DNA from: Alphaproteobacteria bacterium
GTDB lineage: Bacteria > Pseudomonadota > Alphaproteobacteria > Rhizobiales > Xanthobacteraceae
Assembly: GCA_005884765.1 (NCBI GenBank)
Contig: VAZV01000129.1
Span: 17,687-81,686 of the forward strand
Length of the DNA stretch: 64,000 nucleotides
Direction: 5' to 3'
Of the stretch, positions 26,840 to 37,275 are shown in pieces. Each line of letters starts with the position of its first letter. The stretch's first letter is position 1. The notes under the pieces were generated by a model that was given only the letters and a program-made list of their open reading frames with translations, did not search any database and had not been told where the DNA came from. A program made the translations under genes and the position numbers.

Positions 26840-26996
26840 TCGACTTCGGCATTTGGACCCAAAGCGGGCATGCAATGGTTATCGTCCCTGCGGGGAACTG
26901 TGCTCACCACCGCGACACCGGCAACGCGCGGCGCCGTTGCCTCTGGACACGAACGTGCTGCAATATCCAGATTAGCTCGCACAAAGGAGCCGCCCG

Positions 26997-27839
26997 ATGA
27001 TGATTATCGATTCCCAAGTCCATGCCTATGAGGCGAACACGTCCAAGCGACCTTGGCACAGCGTGCCGAATTGGCCCGATCATGTCACCGGTGACGAGAT
27101 GGTAGCGGCGATGGACAAAGTCGGCGTCGACGGCGCGATCTTCATCTCCGCCTTTTCCATGTACCGCTACGACGCCAGCTATGCGGTGGAAGTGCAACAG
27201 GCCCATCCCGGCCGCTTCGCCATCGTCAAGCCGGTCGACCCTGATAATCCTGATGTGGCCGACGTCGTCGCCGACTGGAAGAAGACGCCGGGCGCGGTCG
27301 GAATCCGCATCATGCTGACCAAGGAGAACAAGCGCGAGCCGGATGACCCCGGCCTCGGCCGGATTGCGCGCGCCGCCGTTCGCCACGACTTTCCGGTCAA
27401 TCTCTTGTGCTGGGACAATCTGGACGCGGGCACCGCGCTCATCGATCGCCATCCCGACACGCGGTTCATCATCGACCATCTGGGCATCCTTCAGCCGCGC
27501 GTGCCGCCCCCGCCGCCGCAGCCCTGGACCGACCTCCCGAAGGTGCTGGAACTCGCCAAGCGCCCGAACGCGGTGATCAAGGTCAGCGGTGCCTGCACGC
27601 TGTCCCGCGAGCCGTATCCTTTCCCGGACATTTGGGATCCGCTTGCCCGCGTGTTTGACGCCTGGGGTTTCGATCGCTGCTTGTGGGGCACGGACTGGAC
27701 GCGCGCGTTCGCGGTCGTCAACTACGCGCAGGCCGTCGAGCCCTTCCTTGAGACCAGCCGCCTGAGCGACACCGAGCGGGCAATGCTGATGGGCGGTGCC
27801 TGCGCCAAGGCTTATGGCTGGTCACCTAACAAACGTTAG
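26997..27839 (+). CDS. Amidohydrolase-2 family protein (metal-dependent hydrolase/lactonase-like)
   Basis: MMIIDSQVHAY..., VGVDGAIFIS, IDHLG and LWGTDW are motifs of PF04909-type TIM-barrel hydrolases. Confidence 0.8.
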   Translation: MMIIDSQVHAYEANTSKRPWHSVPNWPDHVTGDEMVAAMDKVGVDGAIFISAFSMYRYDASYAVEVQQAHPGRFAIVKPVDPDNPDVADVVADWKKTPGAVGIRIMLTKENKREPDDPGLGRIARAAVRHDFPVNLLCWDNLDAGTALIDRHPDTRFIIDHLGILQPRVPPPPPQPWTDLPKVLELAKRPNAVIKVSGACTLSREPYPFPDIWDPLARVFDAWGFDRCLWGTDWTRAFAVVNYAQAVEPFLETSRLSDTERAMLMGGACAKAYGWSPNKR

Positions 27840-28055
27840 GGACCGGCGCAGGGTCAAAGTGAAGCATTTGAATCCAAGCAAGAGGGGGACCATTCCAGTT
27901 CGCGGCGTTTGTTCTGGACCAAGTCGGCAAACCCCGGTGATGCCCGGCGCGAAATTCGTGATGCGACGGCCATCGCGCCGCACTGGCATTATTGATATCC
28001 AGATCGTATAGTTTCCGGACAATTGATGGTTTCAGAGCACTTGGCGCTGGCGCGG

Positions 28056-28682
28056 ATGTCCGTTTTCTCCGGCAGATTAGGTCTCGCATTCGTATTGGCT
28101 GCGCTCTGTCTGGGCGGGCGAACGGCCTATGCCCAAGCCGCCCCTGTCCCTTATTGGACCGCAGGCGGACCCCTCGGCTTCGGTAGCGGTCTGAGTGCCG
28201 GCCAGAGCGCGGATGCTTACGGCAGCTTCGCAAGCTTTGACGGCAGTGACGCCCGAGGCGGTGGCTTTTCCTATCTGCGTTACAATTTTCCGAACGGCTG
28301 GTTTGTCGGTGGCGAACGCGGTGGAATGGGCTTGAGCGGGATCAACCAGAATGCAGCTTTTGGCAATTTCGGCTCGCTCTACACGGAAGGCGTGCAGTTC
28401 GGCTACAGCTTCAAGAACACGAGTGGGTTGCCCCTCACGGTGTATGCCGGTTTCGACACTTTGAAATATAATGCTCCCATCGGTGGCCCTTTCGCCCCTT
28501 TTGACTCCACGTCCGGCACGCTGCCCGGCTATAGCGCGCATGCGGGCATCGAGTTCCAGCCGACGTCGAATGTCAGCCTGTCACTCGGGGTCGGCTACAC
28601 CCAGTCCGGGCGCACCGACAGTGACATCAATTCGTCCTTGCTGCCCGGCGCTTCTCCGTTTGCCTTCGGCGCTCGCCGCTAG
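28056..28682 (+). CDS. Outer-membrane beta-barrel protein
   Basis: Signal peptide MSVFSGRLGLAFVLAALCLGGRTAYAQ from the internal ATG. Alternating G/Y/F-rich strands. The terminal residues are FAFGARR. Confidence 0.65.
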   Translation: MSVFSGRLGLAFVLAALCLGGRTAYAQAAPVPYWTAGGPLGFGSGLSAGQSADAYGSFASFDGSDARGGGFSYLRYNFPNGWFVGGERGGMGLSGINQNAAFGNFGSLYTEGVQFGYSFKNTSGLPLTVYAGFDTLKYNAPIGGPFAPFDSTSGTLPGYSAHAGIEFQPTSNVSLSLGVGYTQSGRTDSDINSSLLPGASPFAFGARR

Positions 28683-28937
28683 CGCGCGCATTCAGCGCGG
28701 CATTGGGAACAGCGGTGACGCCGTCGGCCCGTGGATTTACATGGAATTGTACTCTTCTCGCCGCATTTCTGGGATACCGCGTCCGTTGGACTGAGGGAAC
28801 CCGCATGAGAAAGATAGTCGCGATTGCGGCGCTGGCCCTGTCGCTGGTTCATTCCGTAGCAATCCAAGGATTATAGACTGTCGCCTTGGGGCGACGTCCC
28901 GCCGCATTTTTGAGGTGCCCCACCGCAAAGGGTTGTG

Positions 28938-31541
28938 ATGGAAAGGGCATGGTTTGGTAAAGGTGAGATTTCGGCTTTTGGCAGCGCTCGGAGTGCTGCA
29001 ATCTACTTGATCGAACTTTCAATAGTCGCCGCCGGTTACATTGGCCTTGCCGAGTCCGCGCTATTGCTACCCGCAATTAATCCGGCCGCGACACCGTTGT
29101 GGCCGCCAACCGGGTTCGTGCTCGCGCTGGTCCTGCTGCGCGGCTACCGGATTTGGCCCGCGATTTTGGTGGGGTCTCTTTCTCCTTACCTCACGGCCGG
29201 CCGATCGCTGTTAGAGTTGGGCTCCGTCGGGATCAGTACTCTCCTCGCTGCGTTTGCCGGAACATGGCTGATCAGTCGCTGGTCGAACGGTCGCCAGACG
29301 TTTGGTACCCCCTCCGGTATTGCAAAGTGTGCAATCATTTCCTTTGCGCCGACCGCGATGATTAGTTCAACCATCGCCGTGGCGGGATTCATTCTCGCCA
29401 ACAAACTGAGTTTTTCCGACTCTGCCGTCACCTGGGTAACCTGGTGGCTTGCAGATGCGGCCGGGATCTTGGTCATTGCTCCGGTCGTCGTGCTCTGGGG
29501 GATGGTGCCTCTAGGAAGTTTTTCCAAATGGGACCTGCTGGAATCCGTCGCAGTCTCTATTCTCGTGATCGTCATAGGGATCGTTGCCTACAGCCCGCCC
29601 ATCGGCGGTAGCCTCATCGGCAACGACCTCAACGTGTTGCTGCCGTATCGGAGCCTTGTTGGCTTTCTGGTTTTATTACCGTTCATGTGGTCTGGTCTGC
29701 GCGGTAATCAACTCAACGTCGCCACGGCCGCGCTCATTTTCTTCGTAATCGCCGTGTGGGGTTTCTCGGTAGGGAGCGATCCATTTCGGAAAGCAGATCT
29801 GAATCGAGCCCTATTATCGTTGCTCGTGCTTTCGATCAGCGTATCGGTGCCGCCTCTCGCTTTAGCTGCCGCAATTGCGACGCGCCAAAACACCGAAGCA
29901 CATTTGCTTTCTGTGCAGGACCAATTGAACCGTCAGATTGAACGGAAAAATTTGGCGCTCAACAGCGCTAAGCGCCACTTCCTGATTCTAATCGAAGGCG
30001 TTGTCGACTATGCAATTTTTGCGCTCGATAAAGAAGGGCACGTTGCAAGTTGGAATAGCGCCGCACAAAAAATCATGGGCTACACCACGGAAGAAATTAT
30101 CGGCAAGCATTTTGGGATTTTTTATCGACCGGACGAGCGCCGCGCGGGCGCGCCAAACCGCGCGTTGGAATTGGCTGTCGCAAGAGGCAAGTACGAAGTC
30201 GAGGGTTGGCGCATCAGAAAAAATGGCACGCCGTTTTTCATCACCGGCTCGGTTTCTTCGAACCATGATGACACAGGAAATCTGATCGGTTTTATCAATA
30301 TACTCCGGGACGCAACCGAGCGACGCGACGCGGAGGAGAAACTGGTCCAGGCACGCGAACAGCTCGCGATGTCGCAGAAAATGGAGGCAATCGGCAAATT
30401 GACCGGCGGCATTGCGCACGACTTCAACAATCTATTGATGATCATTGGAGGTAGCGCTCAGATCTTTGCCCGCCTGCTTGATCCGAAACTGCCAAGAGCA
30501 ATCGAAGCCATACAGACCGCCGCCAAACGCGGCGAAACTCTCACGCGCCAATTGTTGACATTCTCTCGTCATCAACATCTTAGCCCGACGGTCGTCGATT
30601 TGAATGCTTCCATAAAGAACATGCGGACGATGATTGAAAGCTCGCTGCGCGGGAACATTGTGTACAACGAAAATATTGGTGACGGCGTTTGGCCGGTCAA
30701 AGTGGACCTCGCCGAACTAGAACTTGCGATTGTCAACATCGCCGTCAATGCCCGCGACGCAATGCCAAACGGCGGTACGTTCACGCTATCCGTCAACGAC
30801 GTGACGCTGGATCAGGGAATCGGCGATAACGACGTTAAAGGACCCTTCCTTGCGATAGCGTTCAACGATACGGGCACTGGTATTCCGCCAAATCTTCTGT
30901 CCAAGATGTTCGATCCATTTTTCACGACCAAAGAGGTCGGCAAAGGAACCGGGCTCGGTTTGTCGCAGGTTTATGGTTTTGCGCACCAGGCTGGCGGAAC
31001 GGTGACGGCAGACAGCAAGGTCGGACAGGGAACAACGATGACGGTCTATCTACCGTCTTGTGCGGACGAGCAAATGACCAGCAATGAGACCTCCGCTGCT
31101 AAATCAAGAACACAGCATTCGCAGCGGCAGACGGTCCTCGTTGTCGACGACAGCGCTGAGGTGGCGGAGGTGACATCCTCGCTGTTCGAGCATCTCGGCT
31201 ATGAAACCATCTATCGGGATTCGGCCGAAGCGGCATTAAAACTGCTTGAGGCCGGTACCAAGATCGATCTCGTCTTCAGCGACATCGTCATGCCAGGAAC
31301 CATCGACGGCGTCGGGCTCGCGAGAGAAATCCGTTCGCGGTATCCCAATCTGGCGGTGGTCCTTACGACCGGTTACAGCGACGCGGAAAAAACGGCCCCC
31401 TCAAATCTAAGAATACTGCGTAAGCCGTTCGATACCGAGGCGCTAAGAGATTTTATCCAAGATATTAAATCTCCGAGATTATTGAAACCATCCGGCGTGC
31501 CGCTGGCGTCAAGCTCAGCTGGCGCTTTGCACAGAAGTTGA
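28938..31541 (+). CDS. Hybrid sensor histidine kinase (MASE1 - PAS - HisKA - HATPase_c - REC)
   Basis: Polytopic N-terminal region, then a PAS region ([29 protein letters not shown]). H-box [11 protein letters not shown] and G-boxes DTGTGI / GTGLGLS. Receiver VLVVDDS...[11 protein letters not shown]. Confidence 0.88.
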   Translation: MERAWFGKGEISAFGSARSAAIYLIELSIVAAGYIGLAESALLLPAINPAATPLWPPTGFVLALVLLRGYRIWPAILVGSLSPYLTAGRSLLELGSVGISTLLAAFAGTWLISRWSNGRQTFGTPSGIAKCAIISFAPTAMISSTIAVAGFILANKLSFSDSAVTWVTWWLADAAGILVIAPVVVLWGMVPLGSFSKWDLLESVAVSILVIVIGIVAYSPPIGGSLIGNDLNVLLPYRSLVGFLVLLPFMWSGLRGNQLNVATAALIFFVIAVWGFSVGSDPFRKADLNRALLSLLVLSISVSVPPLALAAAIATRQNTEAHLLSVQDQLNRQIERKNLALNSAKRHFLILIEGVVDYAIFALDKEGHVASWNSAAQKIMGYTTEEIIGKHFGIFYRPDERRAGAPNRALELAVARGKYEVEGWRIRKNGTPFFITGSVSSNHDDTGNLIGFINILRDATERRDAEEKLVQAREQLAMSQKMEAIGKLTGGIAHDFNNLLMIIGGSAQIFARLLDPKLPRAIEAIQTAAKRGETLTRQLLTFSRHQHLSPTVVDLNASIKNMRTMIESSLRGNIVYNENIGDGVWPVKVDLAELELAIVNIAVNARDAMPNGGTFTLSVNDVTLDQGIGDNDVKGPFLAIAFNDTGTGIPPNLLSKMFDPFFTTKEVGKGTGLGLSQVYGFAHQAGGTVTADSKVGQGTTMTVYLPSCADEQMTSNETSAAKSRTQHSQRQTVLVVDDSAEVAEVTSSLFEHLGYETIYRDSAEAALKLLEAGTKIDLVFSDIVMPGTIDGVGLAREIRSRYPNLAVVLTTGYSDAEKTAPSNLRILRKPFDTEALRDFIQDIKSPRLLKPSGVPLASSSAGALHRS

Positions 31542-31622
31542 TCGACCGTCGTCGGCCGCGTCATCGCGGCCATTGCTCGGCCGGGGCTGATCGAGGAAGC
31601 AATAGTCGGCACCTTCGCCGCC

Positions 31623-32795
31623 CTATAGAAACTCCTCGGGCGGCATGCCGAGCAGGATCTGCCCGACCGATTCGAAATGGGCGCCGCGTGCCTGGATCTG
31701 CTGCGAGAGCGTGTGCATGTCGCGGAAACGGCGCTCGAACGGGCTGCCCGGGAAGATGGCGTCGACGCCCGCTGCCTTGTAGGCGAAGTCTGCCACCTCG
31801 GCGGCACCTTGGATCGCGTTGGTGCAGGCGAGCCGCACGCGCGCCCGATCGGTTACCTCGATCGGCGCCGCGTCGTCGGCACGGGCATGGATCGTAGTGA
31901 GCGTCTCGATGAGGTAGGCGCGCGCCGCGCCGAGCCGTGCCTCCGCGCGCGCCACGTCGGACTGCACCACGGCGTTGTCGGCGAGCCGGGCGAGGCCGCG
32001 CGGCGCCTTGCGGGACGCGAGCGTGATGAATTCGGACAGCATGGCGCGCGCGATGCCGAATGCCACGGCGGCGACCCCGGTCGCGTAGAGGCCCTGCATG
32101 GTAAAAGCATAGAGCGGGCCGCGCTCGCGGCGCAGCGTGGGGTCCTCGCGTGTGGTGCTGAACGCCTCGGACACGAACAAGTCGTTGACGGAGTAGGAGT
32201 CCGACGCCGTGCCGCGCAGCCCGATTGTGCGCCAGGTGTCGAGCAGCGTCGCCTCGCTCGCCGGAAACAGCAGCGTGCGGACCGTGGGCCGCCCGAAGCG
32301 GTTGAGCCGGAGCGCGCCATCCGCTTCGAGCACATGACAGTGCGCGCCCATCCAACGGGCCTGCCGGCAGCCGCTGGCGAAATCCCACTTGCCGGTCAGG
32401 CGATAGCCGGCGTCGACCGCTCTCGCGCGCGAAGCGTTTGGAGGTCCCCAGGCCACGATGCTGCGCGGATCGGCGAAGATGGCGTGATTGGCCGCAGGCT
32501 CCAGATAGGCGGCGATCAGGGAGGAACTGTTGGCGACGAAGGCGTTCCACGCAATCGAGGCGTCGTGCCGGGCGAGTTCCTCGATCGCCGCCACGTAGAG
32601 CGCGGGCGCGGTCTCGTCGCCACCCGCCGAGCGCGGCAGCAGCATGCGGAACAGCCGTGAGTCATGGAGCCGCTCCAGCAAGGCCTCGGGGATGCGCCGC
32701 GTGCGCTCGATCTCGTCGGCCGCGGCGGCAATCTCCGCGGCGAGCTCGCGGGCGCGGGCGACCGGGTCCGGACGGGTCTGGATGTCCATACGCAA
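31623..32795 (-). CDS. Acyl-CoA dehydrogenase-fold flavoprotein (probable flavin-dependent monooxygenase type)
   Basis: 390 aa. N-terminal AAEIAAAADEIERTRRIPEALLERLHDSRLFRMLLPRS resembles the group-D monooxygenase/ACAD family. Confidence 0.75.
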   Translation of the reverse strand: MRMDIQTRPDPVARARELAAEIAAAADEIERTRRIPEALLERLHDSRLFRMLLPRSAGGDETAPALYVAAIEELARHDASIAWNAFVANSSSLIAAYLEPAANHAIFADPRSIVAWGPPNASRARAVDAGYRLTGKWDFASGCRQARWMGAHCHVLEADGALRLNRFGRPTVRTLLFPASEATLLDTWRTIGLRGTASDSYSVNDLFVSEAFSTTREDPTLRRERGPLYAFTMQGLYATGVAAVAFGIARAMLSEFITLASRKAPRGLARLADNAVVQSDVARAEARLGAARAYLIETLTTIHARADDAAPIEVTDRARVRLACTNAIQGAAEVADFAYKAAGVDAIFPGSPFERRFRDMHTLSQQIQARGAHFESVGQILLGMPPEEFL

Positions 32796-32872
32796 CCTCA
32801 GGCTGGCGGCCCATTGCGTCGGAACGGCCGCGCGCTGTCAACCGTCTCATCGGCTGATTCAAGCCGCTAAGT

Positions 32873-33733
32873 TCAAATTGGTCGAGCGGTCGATCTTACT
32901 TGTGTGATGGCGACGCCGGAGATGGCGAGCAGCCCACCGACAATCAACTTTGGGGTCATGCGGTCGCCAAGGAACAACACGCTCGAAATCAATGCGAACA
33001 ACGGAAGCAGCAGACTGAATGGTGCGACGCGGCCCATGGAGCAACGGGCGATCAGCCAGAACCAAAGGCCAAACCCAACAATTCCTCCGATGAATATTGT
33101 GTAGACGAGTGCCAGCCAACCACGTTCATCCGCCGTGACAAGGCTCGCCAGTTGTCCGTGTTCAAGGAGCAACGACATCAAAATGACCTGCGGCACCGTG
33201 AGCAGCGACGACCACCCCATCAACATCAAAGGGTCAAAAGGGCCGTAGCGCTTCGTCAAGACGTTGGACACCGCGAACGCGAAAGCTGCCCCGACCACAA
33301 GCAGCAGCGGAAGAGCGTGTGCCGACAGGCCGGGCCCCGCTGCCAACACGACCACGCCGACGAATGCAACCACCACTCCGGCGGCCGTAGTTAGAGACGG
33401 CCTCTCCGCCAGCAGCGGCCAAGCCAACAGGACGGTGAAGGGCGTGGCGAGCTGATATGCCACGGCCGACATGCTTCCCGAGCCGAGCCCAAGGCCAACA
33501 TAGAAGAGCCCGAAGTTTAGTCCACCAAGGAAAACCGAAATAGCTGCGATAGGGCCGAACTGTTGACGTGTGGGCCTTTTGACGAACGGAATAAGCAGCA
33601 GCGCGATGGCCAGGAAGCGCAGTGCGAGGAAGAAGAGAGGCGGAAACTCCATAACGCCCACTTTGATGACCACGAACTGATAACCCCAGAGCAAGGGGAC
33701 GGCCACCGCGCAGACGATCTGGATGGCGGACAT
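32873..33733 (-). CDS. EamA/DMT family transporter
   Basis: Start trimmed to MSAIQIVCAVAVPLLWGYQFVVIKVG. About ten hydrophobic segments, with a duplicated EamA pattern. Confidence 0.82.
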   Translation of the reverse strand: MSAIQIVCAVAVPLLWGYQFVVIKVGVMEFPPLFFLALRFLAIALLLIPFVKRPTRQQFGPIAAISVFLGGLNFGLFYVGLGLGSGSMSAVAYQLATPFTVLLAWPLLAERPSLTTAAGVVVAFVGVVVLAAGPGLSAHALPLLLVVGAAFAFAVSNVLTKRYGPFDPLMLMGWSSLLTVPQVILMSLLLEHGQLASLVTADERGWLALVYTIFIGGIVGFGLWFWLIARCSMGRVAPFSLLLPLFALISSVLFLGDRMTPKLIVGGLLAISGVAITQVRSTARPI

Positions 33734-33803
33734 GGCAGTCTTCCTTTCAAGACCGTTTGGTCTAGATATAGACGCGCTGACAGCGGAGGCGTCCATGGGT
33801 TGT

Positions 33804-34418
33804 CTACCTGATGAAGCGGTCGAGAAGAGCGTCAACGGTGGCTTGCGACGTGATCCGTGTTGGTGCCGTTTTACCGACCACTCGCAGCCCCTCGACGAAA
33901 CAGACGAGAATTCGGGCGGCACTTAGAGGCTCAACGCCATCGGCCAACTTGCCCGCCGCCTTCGCACGGGAAAATGCATCAGCCACCCTAGCCTCCATGG
34001 CTTTGAAAAAGCTCCCGATGCGACGATCAACTTCGGCATCACGGCCAGCCAGTTCCATGGCTGTGGCCACCAGCAGGCATCCGCGCCGACCATTGGCACC
34101 GCTGGTGCGGTCCACGTAACCGGCAAGGTAGGCCCGCAGGCCGTCGACCGGCTCTCTGCGGGGGTCGAGTTCGATATCCATCCGTGTCAGGGCATCGGCA
34201 ACGTAGCGATCAAGCGCACGCAAGAAGAGCGAGTGCTTGTCGCCGAAAGCGGCGTAAAGGCTGCCACGCGAGAGCTTCGTCGCACGAAGAAGGTCCGGTA
34301 GCGCCGTGGCGTGATAGCCGCGCGACCAGAACACACCCATCGCGCGTTCGACAGCGGCTTCCGTGTCGAAACTTCGGGGGCGGCCGCGGGGCAACTGCAC
34401 TGCGGTTTGGTGGCGCAT
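33804..34418 (-). CDS. TetR/AcrR family transcriptional regulator
   Basis: Start trimmed to MRHQTAVQLPRGRPRSFD. HTH region WSRGYHATALPDLLRATKLSRGSLYAAFGDKHSLF. Confidence 0.88.
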   Translation of the reverse strand: MRHQTAVQLPRGRPRSFDTEAAVERAMGVFWSRGYHATALPDLLRATKLSRGSLYAAFGDKHSLFLRALDRYVADALTRMDIELDPRREPVDGLRAYLAGYVDRTSGANGRRGCLLVATAMELAGRDAEVDRRIGSFFKAMEARVADAFSRAKAAGKLADGVEPLSAARILVCFVEGLRVVGKTAPTRITSQATVDALLDRFIR

Positions 34419-34429
34419 CGCCGATATAT

Positions 34430-34443
34430 AGACCAAGTGGTCT
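34430..34443. promoter_or_regulatory. Candidate TetR operator AGACCA-AG-TGGTCT
   Basis: Perfect palindrome 12 nt upstream of the TetR start codon at 34418. Confidence 0.4.
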
Positions 34444-34575
34444 TTAATTACAAGTGGCCGTTTCGGGTCAATTGCGACGCGATTGCAAGGCTTGTGCATG
34501 GGCTTCACGCGCGAGCGGCCGTCCTTTACCCGCTCCCGCCAGCGGCTTCATCCGCCAGGAAATTAGACCGCGTAC

Positions 34576-34980
34576 TCATGAATTGAGCTTGGTTGGTGTG
34601 GCTTGATCGATGTCCGCCATGCTCCGATAGCGATCAAATCCCGCATCGCAATGAAAGGACGCGGCGTGCCACTTCCTGAGCCCAAGCCGGACTTGAGAAT
34701 ATTCGATCACGTCGTCCGCCGTTGCCAATATCTCGGGCGGAATGATCCAGCCCATGACTTTCGCTGTCTTGAGGTTGACGATGAGCTCGAACTTGGTGAC
34801 TTGTTCGACCGGGAGGTCGGCCGGTTTCGCGCCTTTCAGGATCTTGTCTACGAAATACACGCCGCGACGATCCATCGCCGCCAGGTTCTCACCGTAGGAC
34901 ATCAACCCGCCGGCCGTGACCCATTCCCGCGCAAATGAGCAGGGCCGAGCCCTGAGGTGTTTTCCTCCCGCTCGGCTCAC
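34576..34980 (-). pseudogene. 5'-truncated remnant of an ABC-transporter substrate-binding protein gene (PF04392-like)
   Basis: Only the C-terminal ~95 residues of the family are present (GGLMSYGENL..YFVDKILKGAKPADLPVEQVTKFELIVNLKTAKVMGWIIPPEILATADDVIE). There is no signal peptide or N-terminal domain, and no partner permease or ATPase. Confidence 0.6.
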
Positions 34981-35025
34981 TAGTGTTGTCGGTGCGCCTT
35001 TGGGCGTCCAGGCGCGAGCGCAATG

Positions 35026-35499
35026 TCAGCCGCGTCGCGCAGCCTTGATCGCGGCGACGTCTATCTTCTTCATACCCATCATCGCGTCAAATGCGCGCTT
35101 TGCTTCATCACCGCCAGCCGCTAACGCCTCGGTTAGCACACGCGGCGTGATTTGCCAGGAGACGCCCCATTTGTCTTTGCACCAGCCGCACGCGCTTTCC
35201 TGCCCGCCATTGCGAACGATGGCGTTCCAATAGCGGTCGGTCTCGTCCTGATCGTCAGTGGCGATCTGGAACGAGAAGGCCTCGTTATGTTTGAACGCGG
35301 GACCGCCGTTGAGGCCGATACAAGGAACGCCGGCAACCGTAAATTCGACCAGCAATACATCACCCGCCTTGCCGGATGGGTAGTCACTGGGTGCACGCTG
35401 GACGGCTCCAACGACGCTGTCAGGGAAGGTTTCGGCGTAGAAGCGGGCAGCAGCCTCGGCGTCCTTATCGTACCAAAGGCAAATCATGTTCTTTGCCAT
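35026..35499 (-). CDS. VOC/PhnB-like protein (3-demethylubiquinone-9 3-methyltransferase-domain family)
   Basis: MAKNMICLWYDKDAEAAARFYAETFPDS...DRYWNAIV..GG.ESACGWCKDKWGVSWQITP is characteristic of PF06983. Confidence 0.82.
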   Translation of the reverse strand: MAKNMICLWYDKDAEAAARFYAETFPDSVVGAVQRAPSDYPSGKAGDVLLVEFTVAGVPCIGLNGGPAFKHNEAFSFQIATDDQDETDRYWNAIVRNGGQESACGWCKDKWGVSWQITPRVLTEALAAGGDEAKRAFDAMMGMKKIDVAAIKAARRG

Positions 35500-35579
35500 T
35501 ACAAGTCCTTTCGGTTCCAGCCAGATCACGCCCCATTGAGATAGGCAGTCCTGTCGATATGCTCCAGCCTGGATGTCCT

Positions 35580-36070
35580 TAGGCGCGTGCGCCTAAAGCG
35601 TAATTTGATGAGGCGATTCAAGCTGATTTGGGTCGTCCAGTCCCCTACCAAAAATATTCCGCTTGTGCCGTCGGGCAAATCACCTGCACTGATTCCCGCG
35701 TCCTGCACTCGCAAGAGGGGCGTTTCGCGATCGTCACGAACGTTGGGTGCGGGATGCGGTGGACGTAGGCGGCGCTGCTGACGAGAGCGCAGACCTGCGG
35801 ACGGCGAAGCCGTGTGGTCCTGACGCCCCGACGCTGGCGTCAAGTTGGCGGAGCGATCCGCAAGCGATGGTGGCAAGAAAGCCCGGTCACCAAGGAGAGC
35901 ACGTTATAAGCCGTAAACCATTGCGCAGGGAAGGCCGGACTGTTTGGCGAACCTGTGGCGACTACGCTCGTGCGCTTTTTTGTTTGCGTGCGAGGCTGCG
36001 GGTGCTTGCTGAGCACCCGGCTTTCCCTGCGCCCTCTCTCTTCTCGAGGGCAACGTTCAATGCATAGCTC
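35580..36070. repeat. Probable multi-copy non-coding element of Bradyrhizobiaceae (boundaries approximate)
   Basis: ~0.5 kb with no credible gene. The frame translations (..CGPDAPTLASS..ARKPGHQGEHVISRKPLRREGR..HPAFPAPSLF) resemble recurring pseudo-ORF fragments I recall from related genomes. Only one copy is in this window. Confidence 0.35.
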
Positions 36071-36102
36071 GGGCGCAAGGTGCTGCGAGAATGCAAACGC
36101 GT

Positions 36103-36223
36103 GTCACTGCGAGGAGCGAAGCGACGAAGCAATCCAGGCCGTTTCCGCGGGAAGAGTTCTGGATTGCTTCGCGGAGCCTGTCATCGGGCGCGCATTCGCG
36201 CGACCCGTTGGCTCGCAATGACG
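36103..36223. repeat. REP-like nested-palindrome element (copy 2, inverted relative to copy 1)
   Basis: The reverse complement matches 5044-5166 almost base for base across ~65 nt (CGTCATTGCGAGCCAACGGGTCGCGCGAATGCGCGCCCGATG.CAGGCTCCGCGAAGCAATCCAG) and across the distal arm. Confidence 0.85.
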
Positions 36224-36261
36224 GGTAGCTGTTTGACAAGTTCAATTGCACATCGCGACTT

Positions 36262-37275
36262 TCATTCCGCGGCTTTGGCGGTCTTGCCGAACATGCGCGT
36301 GGGGACCGCAAAGCCGCAGGACGTGCCGTCGGTCACCTTGATCTTGTCCTCCCATGGCAGGCGGAAGGTGCCGGCGACCATGTCCTGCATGAAAGTGTAA
36401 GGGCAATCCATCGCGCCGCCTTTCACCGCGACATAGCCGCGGTGCCAAAGCTGGTAGATATTGTTCTCGACGCCCCAGTTGATGCGCGCTTCGCGCACGA
36501 GATCGGGGCGGACTTCGGCAGTGATGATCTCGTCGGGCCGCCCGGTGGTGCCATGGGCGATGATAGAGCCGTCGAAATTCACGATCATGCCTTCGCCCAT
36601 GGAATCGAACGATCCGTCAGAGCCGCACATGCAGACGTTGGCGGTCACCATCAAATTCTGGAACGCGTTCGCCTGATTGGTGAAGCGCCAGCTGTCGCGG
36701 ATCGGCGCGGTGTAGCCGGCGGTGCGGATCATGATCTCCGCGCCCTTGTAGGCGCATTCGCGCGCCATCTCGGGGAACATGCCGTCATGGCAGATGATGA
36801 GCGCGATCCTGGCGCCGTTCGGCCCCTCGATCACGGGAATGCCGATGTCGCCGGGCTCCCACGGCTCGACGGGAATCCAGGGATGGAATTTGCGGTAGTA
36901 GAGCTTGATCTCGCCGCGATCGTTGATGATCAGCCCGGAATTGTAGGGATTGCCGTCCGCGTTGAACTCCATGATGGAGAAGCAGCCCCAGATATTGTTG
37001 TCGATGCATGCTTGCTTGAAGGCTGCGACCTCGGGACCGTCGAGGCGACACATGATGTCCGGATTGGTGTCCATCGACAATCCGTGCAGCGAGTATTCCG
37101 GAAACACCACGAGATCCATGGTGGAGAGATTTCGTCGTGCCTTGCCGACCATGGCGACGATGCGCTCGGTCTGGCGCGCCAGATCGGCCTTGGTCGCGAC
37201 CACAGGCAATTGGAGCTGAACCAGCCCGATGACGACGCCATTGGGTGATTTGTTGAGGCCGCCAAGTCCGCTCAT
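36262..37275 (-). CDS. amiF: Formamidase (nitrilase-superfamily aliphatic amidase, AmiF type)
   Basis: 337 aa. E-K-C context FPEYS, YRKFHPW and ICHDGMFPE. The C-terminus TFRLPWEDKIKVTDG..FGK parallels Helicobacter AmiF. Confidence 0.88.
   Translation of the reverse strand: MSGLGGLNKSPNGVVIGLVQLQLPVVATKADLARQTERIVAMVGKARRNLSTMDLVVFPEYSLHGLSMDTNPDIMCRLDGPEVAAFKQACIDNNIWGCFSIMEFNADGNPYNSGLIINDRGEIKLYYRKFHPWIPVEPWEPGDIGIPVIEGPNGARIALIICHDGMFPEMARECAYKGAEIMIRTAGYTAPIRDSWRFTNQANAFQNLMVTANVCMCGSDGSFDSMGEGMIVNFDGSIIAHGTTGRPDEIITAEVRPDLVREARINWGVENNIYQLWHRGYVAVKGGAMDCPYTFMQDMVAGTFRLPWEDKIKVTDGTSCGFAVPTRMFGKTAKAAE

Noticed and set aside
31561-32660. 329-aa (minus) and 327-aa (plus) alternative-frame ORFs over the ACAD-fold gene, and similar ones over the permeases (11197-12201, 20360-21352, 19606-20415)
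   Set aside because: All are Arg/Pro/Gly/Ala-rich out-of-frame translations of GC-rich genes. Only one frame per locus shows membrane or enzyme motifs.
35526-36067. 116-aa (minus) and 106-aa (plus) ORFs in the amiF-proximal gap
   Set aside because: They overlap each other on opposite strands inside what looks like a repeat element. Their Arg/Pro-rich translations resemble recurrent pseudo-ORFs rather than genes.
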